From the sequence record NC_031120.1: 64,000 nucleotides of DNA; one strand, written 5' to 3'. This document shows, one piece after another, positions 43,985 to 53,982 of this stretch. Numbering within the stretch: the first letter of the stretch is position 1; the number at the start of each line of letters is the position of its first letter. The notes under the pieces are model-generated. The model saw only the letters and a list, made by a program, of their open reading frames with translations, searched no databases and was not told where the DNA came from. The position numbers and the translations under genes are program-made.

Positions 43985-45337
43985 ATGGGTTACTGGTCTA
44001 AACATGCACAAACGGTGGAAGAGTTAAAGCTCGTTGCTGCCGAATCAATTAAGTTTCAGGATAAGAAAAAGCTAGCTGCCCTGGCCGAAATCGTGGCGGC
44101 ATTCCAGGCCGCAGGGGATTACTCGCTGACGGCGTATGACACCTGTGGCGTGAAAGAGTGGGCACAGGAGAACTGTGGCGTGGGGATTAAACTCTGTACC
44201 GGGCATGAGCTGGGTATGGAAAGCGAACTCTTTGCCGCGGTAGAACCTCCTCAGCTTGATGCCAACAACCCGATTGTGGCCGACCTCAGCAAAACCGTGT
44301 ACCAGGGTAACAAAGACCTGGACATGTACACCAAGTTCCTCAAGGACAATGAGCTGAACGGTGAGTTTGACGACACCAACGCCAAGATTAAAGGTGACCT
44401 CAGCAAGATTACCAGTCCGCTGTACGTAACGCCGGAAATCTTCCGGGGGCGTGCCCAGTTAACGGCCTATGAAATCGCAGCGATTATCCTGCACGAAATC
44501 GGTCACGTCTACTGGTACTTGCGTACCCTGATGCGTGGCGTGGTGGTGAACCTGATTGCGGATGCTGCGGCAAACCGCATGATGGAGATGGACTCCCCGC
44601 AGGAAAAACTGCGTGTGGTGAAAGACGTTGAGCGCATGCTGAACACCAAAGTCAACCACCCGGAAACCATCGTTAACGAGTACAAGAAAGAAAACCTGTA
44701 CTTGCACCTGGTAACGCAGACCCTGCTGCAACGTCCGAACGTGACCGGTGGTCGCGGTACCGGCAACCGGGTGTGGGAACGTGCGGCTGATGACTTCGCA
44801 GCGCGTTTTGGTGCGGCTCCGCATCTGGCGTCCGCGCTGTACAAGATGGAGATGTCCAACTGGTGGATTCTGCGCAACAACTCCTACACCAACATCTATA
44901 CGCACCTTATCGGTGAACTGTTGGAAGTGAGCTGGCTGATTGCCGGGTTCGCCAGTCCGATCGGTACCATCTTCAGCGTCATCAACCTGACCTTCGGTCT
45001 GCTCATCAATGACCCAGGCAGCACCATTTACGATCCGCCGCAGGAACGTTTCGAATCCCTGCGCCGTAACCTGGTGGAAGAGCTGAATACCCTGAAAGGG
45101 GTGAACACCAAACAGGCGAACGAGAACCGTGACCGCTGCTTGCGTGGCATTGCCCAGCTCGACCAGATCCTGAAAACGGTGAAGGACAAAGACAACATCT
45201 ATTCCTTCCTGTTGAAGACCTGCACCTCGTACGGGCGCAAAGAAAAGGCTGCCGTGGATTATCAACGTCAGCTCGAAAGTTATATGTCCAACGACCTGCG
45301 CATTGCCTCCGCGAAGCTCGAGCAGTTGGCCGGTTAA
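43985..45337 (+). CDS. head protein with HExxH zinc-metallopeptidase motif
   Basis: IILHEIGH plus ERAADDFA third-ligand motif; AAES processing site near the N-terminus; AAGGA RBS. Confidence 0.7.
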   Translation: MGYWSKHAQTVEELKLVAAESIKFQDKKKLAALAEIVAAFQAAGDYSLTAYDTCGVKEWAQENCGVGIKLCTGHELGMESELFAAVEPPQLDANNPIVADLSKTVYQGNKDLDMYTKFLKDNELNGEFDDTNAKIKGDLSKITSPLYVTPEIFRGRAQLTAYEIAAIILHEIGHVYWYLRTLMRGVVVNLIADAAANRMMEMDSPQEKLRVVKDVERMLNTKVNHPETIVNEYKKENLYLHLVTQTLLQRPNVTGGRGTGNRVWERAADDFAARFGAAPHLASALYKMEMSNWWILRNNSYTNIYTHLIGELLEVSWLIAGFASPIGTIFSVINLTFGLLINDPGSTIYDPPQERFESLRRNLVEELNTLKGVNTKQANENRDRCLRGIAQLDQILKTVKDKDNIYSFLLKTCTSYGRKEKAAVDYQRQLESYMSNDLRIASAKLEQLAG

Positions 45338-45360
45338 GATAAATTCGAAAGGGTATAACC

Positions 45361-45798
45361 ATGACTCACAAAGTTTCTTTAAACAGCCTGGTGCTGGATT
45401 ACAAGCGCGCGAATGAAGGTAAGGGCGTCGAAGGTACGCGTGCGCTGACGGCGATTGTTGCCTTTGCCCTGGCCTACAATGCCCCGCTGCCCGATAACGG
45501 CCCGTACGGCTCAGGTGATGCGGTAAACGGCTGCCTGAAGCCTATCATCAATAACCTGGTGTCCGATGTGAATGAGCTGTACTGCATCGACCTCGGTTCC
45601 ATTGATGACCTGATTACCGTGATGTATTGCAACCGTTACGATGCTGCCCACGGTGGGCGTCGTGCCTTGGAAGCGTACTCCGTCAAGCAGATCGTGGAAG
45701 AGACCCTGGGTGCTGACATCTGGCCAAACGTGCTGATGTGGTGCGACCGTTTCATCGACTGCGCAGGCTTCTACCTTTCTGAAACCAAAAAGGACTAA
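45361..45798 (+). CDS. putative virion protein
   Basis: 145 aa within the head operon. Confidence 0.7.
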   Translation: MTHKVSLNSLVLDYKRANEGKGVEGTRALTAIVAFALAYNAPLPDNGPYGSGDAVNGCLKPIINNLVSDVNELYCIDLGSIDDLITVMYCNRYDAAHGGRRALEAYSVKQIVEETLGADIWPNVLMWCDRFIDCAGFYLSETKKD

Positions 45799-45801
45799 GC
45801 C

Positions 45802-47556
45802 ATGACCAGCATGACAATGGTAGGGGGGCTGGTCAGTCCGGCCCCGCAGTGGCGTCTGGGTGAGATGGGTGAGCTGTTGCGTGAGCACATGAATACCAAA
45901 ATCGAAAGCCTGGACCAGCTGTCGCTGTACATGCAGCGTAACGATGCGGACATGCTGTACGGTGGCCGTATCCTGGCGCAGCTGGATGCCATTCTCGACG
46001 ACCTGAAACGCAACGGTGTTTCGCGTGACCTGGCCGTCGCCGTGGAATCTGCCCGCCCGGGAACCATCCCGAAAAACGTGCAGAACATCCTGACCTCGAA
46101 CTATACCCGTACCCACCAGAAAGAGACCATTGCAGCGCTCGAGTCCTGGAAGGAAGCGGGCAAGGTCGGTCTGTTGGTGCTGGTTATCACTGCGGTACTC
46201 AAAATCCTCAGCTGGCTGATGAGCAACGGTGGGGATTACAAAGGCCCGTCGGGTGGGGATGTGAAGGGGTCGATTCCGGACATTAAAATCGACTACCAGA
46301 AAGTGCGCGAAGCCATCCCGCAGGTGGTGCTGAAAGTGCCGGAAAACAAACGTACCGAATGCCAGGCCACGATGATGGGCTTCAAGACTACCTCGGTCTT
46401 GAAAGCGTACAAACGCATTCTTGAGAAAGACCCGAAAAAAGCCATGTCTTCACGCGTGGGCGTCAGTGCGCTGAAGCTGGACAAGGTGCTGGACAAGGTG
46501 CAGGCGACCATGAATGTCGACTACCACACGATGGTATTAGGACGTTCGGTGTTTGATCATCTGTTCGATAACCTGGCCGACGGTCGTGGGGGTCCGAGCG
46601 ATGTGATTGAGATGGCGATTGATAACCTGCTGTCCACCTGCAAGTTTGGTGACGCGGTCTTTAATCGCAGCTCCGGTGGTAAACTGTACGCGCTGCTGCC
46701 TGACGTGCTACGTAAGGCGGGGATTCGTATCCCGGTCAGCACCATGTTTGAAGTGGCGAACAACAACTACCGTGAACTCGGGCCGTACTTCGCGAGCGTT
46801 AGCCGTACCTTCGAGGACATGCGTAAAGAAGTCGACTACGACAAACCGGATGTGGTGCTGGGCTGGAACAAATCCGAAGAGAAGTATAAGGATATCTTCT
46901 ATAACAGCTTCAGTAACAGCGTTCGTCGGATGAACGATATCCTGGCGACCACCATTCCTGATGTGTCGGGTAAAGGCATTAACTGGGACACTTCTCCTAC
47001 GGTAGCGATGTCCGAGCAGCAGGCCAGTACGCTGATTGGTTATGGTGACCCGGTGGGGTTTGTGGGCGGTAAGGTCTTAATGACTGCCGGTTACGAGTCG
47101 TACCTGAACGCTTCGTCTTGGCAGCTGATTAAAGAGAAGATGACACTCTCTGAGTCTCAGCTGGAAGCGTTGCTCGGCGCGGTCTGTCAAATGGCTGACC
47201 CGTTCCATCTGGCTCCAGCACGGGGTATCATCTATATCGATGAATACCGCAAACTGGAGAAAGAAGCGGAAAACATGGTGAAGAACATCGAAGCCTGGCA
47301 GAAAGATCTCAAGGCCAAGAATGTCGACATCAATAAAGTCGTCTCGAAACTGACGGCGGGTATTACGGAGCAACGTAGTGATTCGCTTAACCTGGGCCGT
47401 GAGATTGGCATGGAGCTTCAGGACGGCGACTTCTTTGCGGTGCTGCGTAAGCACATGACGTACGTGCGTCAAATCTCCCGTGGGGTTATCGCGCTGAACC
47501 GTTGTGCGCAAGCCAGTAACCAGAACTGGGCGTACAAGCATAACACGAAAAAATAA
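45802..47556 (+). CDS. processed head/ejection protein
   Basis: 584 aa; AVES and ALES sites followed by a hydrophobic helix (VGLLVLVITAVLKILSWL). Confidence 0.65.
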   Translation: MTSMTMVGGLVSPAPQWRLGEMGELLREHMNTKIESLDQLSLYMQRNDADMLYGGRILAQLDAILDDLKRNGVSRDLAVAVESARPGTIPKNVQNILTSNYTRTHQKETIAALESWKEAGKVGLLVLVITAVLKILSWLMSNGGDYKGPSGGDVKGSIPDIKIDYQKVREAIPQVVLKVPENKRTECQATMMGFKTTSVLKAYKRILEKDPKKAMSSRVGVSALKLDKVLDKVQATMNVDYHTMVLGRSVFDHLFDNLADGRGGPSDVIEMAIDNLLSTCKFGDAVFNRSSGGKLYALLPDVLRKAGIRIPVSTMFEVANNNYRELGPYFASVSRTFEDMRKEVDYDKPDVVLGWNKSEEKYKDIFYNSFSNSVRRMNDILATTIPDVSGKGINWDTSPTVAMSEQQASTLIGYGDPVGFVGGKVLMTAGYESYLNASSWQLIKEKMTLSESQLEALLGAVCQMADPFHLAPARGIIYIDEYRKLEKEAENMVKNIEAWQKDLKAKNVDINKVVSKLTAGITEQRSDSLNLGREIGMELQDGDFFAVLRKHMTYVRQISRGVIALNRCAQASNQNWAYKHNTKK

Positions 47557-47564
47557 AAAGCAAC

Positions 47565-47598
47565 ACCCACTCCTTCGGGAGTGGGCTGCTTTATTTTC
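47565..47598. terminator. bidirectional terminator
   Basis: CCCACTCC-TTCG-GGAGTGGG flanked by A and T runs. Confidence 0.8.
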
Positions 47599-47599
47599 T

Positions 47600-50548
47600 T
47601 TAGTCCTTGTCGGTATCGTGACGGTTGTACGCAATGACGATATCGTCTTTCAGACCGATACTGCCGTTTGCTTCAATCGCCAACTTCTTACCGATAGTGA
47701 CCCGAGCGGCTTCATCAACCACCGTGAACAGGCGCATGTCCTGGTCTGGCCCCATGCTGCCCAGCTCGACCCCGATGATCGACCCCTCGAGCTTCGTCCC
47801 CAACACCTTCCCTAACTCGGTACTGGAGACCGTGTTGTGGGTTTCCAGGTAATCGTTAATTACCTGGCTGGTCTGTTTACGAATCATGGCAATCAGGTCG
47901 GTGTTCTGACGGTTGGCTGCCGTGAGGTAGTAGTTGACGGTGAACTGGTTCTCAGCCGGGATAGGCGTGACGGCCCCATCTTCGGTACGGGCGTTGATGT
48001 AGCCCATGGTGGTGATAGGCACGAAGAACGCTTCGGTCCGCTCCAACAGCTGACTCTGCAAGCTTGGCACCGCATCGGTGATTTTGACAATCAGGAAGTC
48101 AATCACGGTTTGCAGGTAGCTTTGCACCTCATCGCTGTTGGCAAACTTGTAACGGGCATCGAACACCGCCATCTCACTACGGAACCGAATGCTGCGCGGC
48201 TTCGCAATGATAGGTTCTTTGGTCGAGGGGTCACGTTTCAAGTCACCTTTATAGTACGCAATCTCACGGGTTCCGTCAGCGTTGTACTTCGGATCACCCT
48301 GACGATGCAGATACACCAGTTGCACCGGTGGGTCTTGCGTATCATCAATGGTGTACTTCGGTACGCCTTGGGCATCACGGTCGAGCACGTCTTCTTCCCA
48401 CACCGCCAGAACGTCTTCGGTGTAATACTCGTAGTTGATACTGTCCGTGACCGCACGGGCTTTACGCCAGAAGGCCGACAGTGACTTCCCGAGTTCCATC
48501 TTGAAGATTTCATGGGTAATCCCGATGGCATCCCGCGACGGGGCCACGATGATGGTGTCCATGTCTGCGCGCTCGTAGTTCTTCGGGTAATACGCAGAAC
48601 AGCCGTAGAACACGTTGAAGTCCTGAAGCAGCGCCACGGGCACGTTCACGGTGTTGCTGGAGGTGATGCGGGTGTTGGTCAAAACCAGCTCATCGTTACG
48701 GTCAACGTCAAGGTTGGTTTCTAACGGGAACTCCCACACGCGCTCACTGCCTTGCTTACCAACCAGCGTGCCGTTGATGTAAGCCACGCTCTCACTGTTA
48801 CGTGGCGTAAAGGAGATTTGGGCAAACACCTGATCATCACTCAGGGCCTGATACGGTGGCTCTGATTTCGTGACGGTACGCAACACATAGCCGGTCTCGG
48901 TCATCAGGATTTGGTAATCCGCGGTGACGACCGACAGTTCGGTACTGATGTTGGTACTGATGAAACGCTTGCTGGAGAGCTTCGGCTTATCCAGCTGGTA
49001 GATACGCACGTCAATGGCGTTGTTGTTGATGTCCAGCACGTAGTGGAACGGGGTGAACAGATACGGGGTGGCATTCCCGGCAGTGACCAGGTCAGCCTTA
49101 CGCATTGAACGCACCAGTTCCGTCATGGTCGCATCCACTGCCAGAGCCGCACCGTCAAAACGATACAGCGTGCCCGGCAGCACCGTCATACGGCTGTCGT
49201 TGATACGCACCGTCGGCAGGGTTGCCAGTTCATCCCAGCTGAAATACAGCGGACTGGTCACTGAGCCAATCGGGGAACTTACCTTCGACAGCGTGGAGCT
49301 TGGCAGGGGGGCGGAGAGCAGGTACGTACGGTCGGTGACGTAGTCAATCGCCTTATACAGCTCCAGGTCGTAATCGCTGACCACCGTGGACAACTGCCCC
49401 GGGGTAATCGGCGTCTGACGCACACCCACGGCGTTATTCACCACCCGAGTACGCAGTTCATCGAAGGACAGGTCAGTACGGCCACCGGCAGTACGATACC
49501 CCGTCTCTGCAATCAGCTGGGCAATGGAGAAGGATTTCAGCGGCGTCCAATAGGAGGCATCCACTTCATCGTTCAGGTCGCGCAGGTTCCAAGCAAACTC
49601 GTCCATCGCATAGCTGGACAGGTCAATGTCCAATGGCCCCAGGGTGGTATAAACATCCATGCGGATTTCACCGGAGACCAGGCCGTTATTCAGGTACACA
49701 GATGGGATGGTGCACTGAATCTGCCCGTTGTTGACCTGAATCAATGCGGTAGCCACGGTCGGGTCATACACGTCACGGCTGTGCGTGTGCGGAATCTCCA
49801 CCCAACCGGTACCGTTCGCCGTATGCTGCCACACCCGGACGTAGAAGAACTTGTTGGTAAAGGAACGTACCAGCACAAAGGTGTTAGTCCCGGTCGTGGT
49901 GTCTGAGTGGGATTTCACGTCGTACTGCTTCACCGGAATCTTGATACGCAGCAGCGTGGAGGTGGTGGTCGGGGAAGAACCCAGTTCCCACTCCAGGGCG
50001 TTGGTCGAGACCGGAGAAATCGGGGACTGGTTCTCGGTCAACCACAGCACCTGGAAGGCCGGGTTCTCGTTGGTCCCGTACGGCAGCACACGAATCTCAA
50101 TCGGGTACTGGATAGCGAACACATAGCCCGCCACCTTAAACTGGGTGTCGCGCGGAATTACCAGTTTGCGAACGCCTGCGAACTGTAACGGCATCGCTTT
50201 CGCCAACAGCGAGTCGATGTCGATAATCAGCTGCATCTCGGTACCGGACGGTTGGGCAAAGACGTCGATGTAATCCACGTCGGACATGTGGCGGTACAGG
50301 TCATCCATGGTCTGGGCCATTGACGGGAACGTACGGGGTACGGTGGCCCGCACCCCTTCAATGGTGGCGTGACCCAGCGTGACCCCACACTCGGTCAGGA
50401 ACACCACCGGGTCGGTTGGGTCCATCAGGGTAATGTTGTCCGCACTATCCTGCGCTTTCTGTAACTGGTTCAGTAAAAGAGTCTGCATGGCTGACGGGTT
50501 ATTCGCCAGCAACAACAGGTTCTTCGACAGCGTTGCGATAGTATCCAT
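47600..50548 (-). CDS. large baseplate wedge protein (T4 gp6/baseplate J-like)
   Basis: 982 aa; GGRTDLSFDELRTR resembles the GG.D.E....LR.R baseplate motif. Confidence 0.65.
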   Translation of the reverse strand: MDTIATLSKNLLLLANNPSAMQTLLLNQLQKAQDSADNITLMDPTDPVVFLTECGVTLGHATIEGVRATVPRTFPSMAQTMDDLYRHMSDVDYIDVFAQPSGTEMQLIIDIDSLLAKAMPLQFAGVRKLVIPRDTQFKVAGYVFAIQYPIEIRVLPYGTNENPAFQVLWLTENQSPISPVSTNALEWELGSSPTTTSTLLRIKIPVKQYDVKSHSDTTTGTNTFVLVRSFTNKFFYVRVWQHTANGTGWVEIPHTHSRDVYDPTVATALIQVNNGQIQCTIPSVYLNNGLVSGEIRMDVYTTLGPLDIDLSSYAMDEFAWNLRDLNDEVDASYWTPLKSFSIAQLIAETGYRTAGGRTDLSFDELRTRVVNNAVGVRQTPITPGQLSTVVSDYDLELYKAIDYVTDRTYLLSAPLPSSTLSKVSSPIGSVTSPLYFSWDELATLPTVRINDSRMTVLPGTLYRFDGAALAVDATMTELVRSMRKADLVTAGNATPYLFTPFHYVLDINNNAIDVRIYQLDKPKLSSKRFISTNISTELSVVTADYQILMTETGYVLRTVTKSEPPYQALSDDQVFAQISFTPRNSESVAYINGTLVGKQGSERVWEFPLETNLDVDRNDELVLTNTRITSSNTVNVPVALLQDFNVFYGCSAYYPKNYERADMDTIIVAPSRDAIGITHEIFKMELGKSLSAFWRKARAVTDSINYEYYTEDVLAVWEEDVLDRDAQGVPKYTIDDTQDPPVQLVYLHRQGDPKYNADGTREIAYYKGDLKRDPSTKEPIIAKPRSIRFRSEMAVFDARYKFANSDEVQSYLQTVIDFLIVKITDAVPSLQSQLLERTEAFFVPITTMGYINARTEDGAVTPIPAENQFTVNYYLTAANRQNTDLIAMIRKQTSQVINDYLETHNTVSSTELGKVLGTKLEGSIIGVELGSMGPDQDMRLFTVVDEAARVTIGKKLAIEANGSIGLKDDIVIAYNRHDTDKD

Positions 50549-51810
50549 TAGATAAGTCCTGCCTTTTTCAAGATACGTTGGTAATCGACGTTATAGACCC
50601 ACCATGACAGCTTGCGGCGAATCGGGTCGATGTGCGGGTACCCGTAGTAGTTAAACAGCGGTAACATCTGCGGCGGAATCTGCTGCATCATGTCCATCCC
50701 TTGTGGGGTGAAGTTACCGGTGCGAACCGCTTCGGCGGTCGGTGACATATCCGGGTTGAAGTACGACACCGTGGCGTTGAACATGTCCATGTACAGCGGG
50801 TCGTCGTAACGGGCCCCGATACACTGCCACTGCAACGAGATGTTGGTGTCGTCGTTCATCTGCGGTTTGGAGTTGTCGACCGAGGCCATCTGTCCGGCGT
50901 TGTTGTTCATCGGCCAGGCGACACAGGCGGTCCAGAAACGGGTGATGTTACCCAGGGGGTCATAGCGCATCCCGTAGATACGTGACTGGTAATCGATGCG
51001 ACGCTGAATCGAGTTACGAATCTTCGGCATAAAGCGCCCTTCCTTCACCCCGGACATATACTCAATCCAGATAGACGCCAGGCGCATGATGGCATTGCCG
51101 TACGGGTTGGTTAAGGAGGTCGAGAGCGAGAACTGGTTGTTAATCTCGTGGGTGGAATCCACCATCCCCCACTGCTCACGCTTGATCCCCTCGTCTGACA
51201 TCCAGTTATCTACCGACTCATCCGGCATCCCAGAGAGGCTTACGAGTTGTGTCGAAAGCAATGGTATGAAAGCCTGTAAATTATCAAACGGTACATCAGG
51301 CATAAACGGCGTACCGAGTCGACTGAGTCGGCGACCGTACTTGTCGCGTGGACTGTCTGAGAAACCCAGTTCAAAGTCCGGGTCCAGTGCCGCCAACAGT
51401 GAGTAATCCAGGGAGGACCTGGGCTGCATCGCCATGTTGGAGAAGCGGCGTGAGTTCGCGATATTGTTATAGTCCAGGTTAAAGTCTGGACGGGTGAAGA
51501 AGGTCAAACCACCGTATTCTCGGTTAACCGGAATAGGGTTGTTGGCCATCATATGGTTGAACCCCATGAGGGGATTGGTCATACGCTGCGCAGCGATACC
51601 CAAACCGACTGTCAACCGAATCCTGTCTGCCCACACGGATAATTCGTCTTCTACCGCCCCTTCCGTGGGCTTCGAGGTCGAGGTTCGACCATCGAAATAC
51701 CCTGCTACCGAAGGCACCTTAGTGATGTCCGTCGAGTTAGGAACGGTGTAGTCGATATCCGTATTTGCGTCGTAACCAGGATCTGTATTCTGTTCAGTCT
51801 CGTTACTCAT
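50548..51810 (-). CDS. virion structural protein (tail/baseplate, tube-like)
   Basis: 420 aa; GLTFFTRPDFNL; coupled to the baseplate gene. Confidence 0.6.
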   Translation of the reverse strand: MSNETEQNTDPGYDANTDIDYTVPNSTDITKVPSVAGYFDGRTSTSKPTEGAVEDELSVWADRIRLTVGLGIAAQRMTNPLMGFNHMMANNPIPVNREYGGLTFFTRPDFNLDYNNIANSRRFSNMAMQPRSSLDYSLLAALDPDFELGFSDSPRDKYGRRLSRLGTPFMPDVPFDNLQAFIPLLSTQLVSLSGMPDESVDNWMSDEGIKREQWGMVDSTHEINNQFSLSTSLTNPYGNAIMRLASIWIEYMSGVKEGRFMPKIRNSIQRRIDYQSRIYGMRYDPLGNITRFWTACVAWPMNNNAGQMASVDNSKPQMNDDTNISLQWQCIGARYDDPLYMDMFNATVSYFNPDMSPTAEAVRTGNFTPQGMDMMQQIPPQMLPLFNYYGYPHIDPIRRKLSWWVYNVDYQRILKKAGLI

Positions 51811-51814
51811 CAAT

Positions 51815-51832
51815 TTTTACTCCGGAGTAAAA
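51815..51832. promoter_or_regulatory. 18-bp palindrome containing the Shine-Dalgarno core of both divergent genes
   Basis: TTTTACTCCGGAGTAAAA. Confidence 0.6.
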
Positions 51833-51838
51833 TTAAAA

Positions 51839-53017
51839 ATGGCAGAAAATACCTTAGAAACGAGTGTCGTCTCGTTCCTGTCAAAGTTTCCAGACCTGTT
51901 CCGGCAACGCGCCGATTCACTGGAAGAATTTAACCAGATACTCTATAACGAGTACACGACGCTGGTTGAGCAGTCGCTCCTTGGCCTGGATTATCTGCCG
52001 GGTATCCTGGAAAAACTTCAAATGCTTATGGCCGGTAACCAGCTGACCGCTATCTCGCTGCTGGTTGGGGTTCCTGAGGTCGATGTTATCGGTACCCTGG
52101 ACCAGATTTCTACCCGCCGTAATTCTGCCGATGCTGCTGCCCGTTCTGGCGCACGTTTAGGCAAGTTCGCCATGGGCGAAAGTCGTGGCCGCTTTGGTTT
52201 GCCGTCATACGATAACCTTGCCATGGCTGTTGGCGAATCCGCCCGTCCGTCTCGCCGTAACCCGAACGTACAGGTTGCTGCTGAGAGCACGTCCGTGGAC
52301 AAAGCTGAGCGCGTGTCCTCTACGCTGCCATCTAACTTCATTAAACAGATGGCCGAGCAGGAAGGTCTGTCCCAGGGCAAACAGTTCTCTGCCACCTTCG
52401 AGCGTAACGGTAATAAGGTTGAAGTGCCAATGCGCATTCGCCTGGACGTGAAGTCCGTACCGACCGAAGGGCTGGAAACCATTATCGCCTTTAGCGACCA
52501 GACCAAAGACTTCTGGGACCGCTATCTGCGTCTGCAATACAAAGGCGGGCGTAACGGCAGTGCGCTGGATAAGATTGCTGCGGCAAAAGACCTGGCGTTC
52601 TCCAACGACCTGATCGAAGAGTACCGTAAGAACCGCTTCCGCGATAAAACCGGCTACTACTCGAAGATGATGGAAAAGCGTAACAGCAACTGGATGTCCG
52701 GTCTGCTGACGTTGGCTCCGTCCATTAACAACGCCTCGGGCATTATCGTGGTCTCGCAGGAAACCATTGACGGACTGGAAGCCCAGATGGGTGGTTCGTT
52801 CGATGACTTCAACGTGCGTCAGCGTATCTTCCAGGATACCTTGACCGTGTACTACGTGGTTGTTGATACCACCTGGAACCGTGTCACCATTTATACCCGT
52901 GGCATGAACGGTTCTCAGGAACTCGACAAATCCGACTTCTCCAAGTCTAAGTCCGGTAGCGCCGATGTGAACAAAATCATCGAAGCGTACCGTTCTGGCG
53001 CACAACCGGTCCTTTAA
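51839..53017 (+). CDS. processed inner-head protein (phiKZ gp89-like by synteny)
   Basis: 392 aa; AMGES, AVGES and AAES sites clustered around residues 110-150. Confidence 0.65.
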   Translation: MAENTLETSVVSFLSKFPDLFRQRADSLEEFNQILYNEYTTLVEQSLLGLDYLPGILEKLQMLMAGNQLTAISLLVGVPEVDVIGTLDQISTRRNSADAAARSGARLGKFAMGESRGRFGLPSYDNLAMAVGESARPSRRNPNVQVAAESTSVDKAERVSSTLPSNFIKQMAEQEGLSQGKQFSATFERNGNKVEVPMRIRLDVKSVPTEGLETIIAFSDQTKDFWDRYLRLQYKGGRNGSALDKIAAAKDLAFSNDLIEEYRKNRFRDKTGYYSKMMEKRNSNWMSGLLTLAPSINNASGIIVVSQETIDGLEAQMGGSFDDFNVRQRIFQDTLTVYYVVVDTTWNRVTIYTRGMNGSQELDKSDFSKSKSGSADVNKIIEAYRSGAQPVL

Positions 53018-53028
53018 GGGGTTAGCGA

Positions 53029-53964
53029 ATGGCTATTCCAAATATGCTGGCAATGCTGTTGCCGAGCTTTGAAGCAACCAACCTGAAAAACAGTCTCGGT
53101 TCGAACTGTGATGCGTTGGGTGAGGTGCTGTTACCACAGTACCAGAACTTGCAGGAACTCTTTGGGACTGTTGAGGGCAAGGAGTTCAACTCTAAGTCTG
53201 TCCAGGGTCTCAGTGATAACCTGGTGCGCTACATGCGCGAAACCAAACTGGAAGTGGCGGGTCTGCGTGACCCGAGCATCCTGGAGTACATTATTGCGGC
53301 GATGCAGAACACTGTGGCACTGCGTCCGTTCCTGGAACAGTGCATCAACCGCGATATCGGTAAGGCCGTCGTTACAGCGTCATTAACGTTTAACAAACAA
53401 ACGTTGCTCCAGATTCTTGACCTGATCGATTTCTTCACCGTGTACTCGTCCACGTTGCTGAACTTCATCACGGCGGAAGAGATTGGCAATCAGCCAAACT
53501 CCAACATCGCGGTGAAAGGGATTGGTCCGAACGACCTGACGTACCTGAATGCACGGCTCGTGACCTTCGGTATTGCAGTGCGCGTGCTGGCTACCCCAGC
53601 CAACAAACTGAAAGCCGACTATGCGGAGATTCCGGAAGCGGTATTCAGCGAAGAGACCTACAATGAGTTGGTGGAAGCCTTCGGTTCGAAGACTACCGAC
53701 CCGCTGGGCCTCTCTGCGGTACCATTCCCGCTCTCTATCGTTTATCGGGTCAAACTGTCCTGGGCTGATTATCAGATGGACAAGTACGATGAATGTGTGG
53801 AAGCGGCAAAAGCGACCGAGCTGCGTATTTTGCTGTACAAAAAACAGCAGGCGAACGGTCAGGGCGATGCGCACATCGAGAAACAAATCGAGCGCCATGA
53901 GAAACGCCTGGCGGAACTCATGCGTAAACGTGAGCGTTTAGAGAAGAAGTACGATCTCAAGTAA
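53029..53964 (+). CDS. inner-head protein (phiKZ gp90-like by synteny)
   Basis: 311 aa with C-terminal coiled coil. Confidence 0.6.
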   Translation: MAIPNMLAMLLPSFEATNLKNSLGSNCDALGEVLLPQYQNLQELFGTVEGKEFNSKSVQGLSDNLVRYMRETKLEVAGLRDPSILEYIIAAMQNTVALRPFLEQCINRDIGKAVVTASLTFNKQTLLQILDLIDFFTVYSSTLLNFITAEEIGNQPNSNIAVKGIGPNDLTYLNARLVTFGIAVRVLATPANKLKADYAEIPEAVFSEETYNELVEAFGSKTTDPLGLSAVPFPLSIVYRVKLSWADYQMDKYDECVEAAKATELRILLYKKQQANGQGDAHIEKQIERHEKRLAELMRKRERLEKKYDLK

Positions 53965-53982
53965 TCGCCACAGGAGCCTAAC

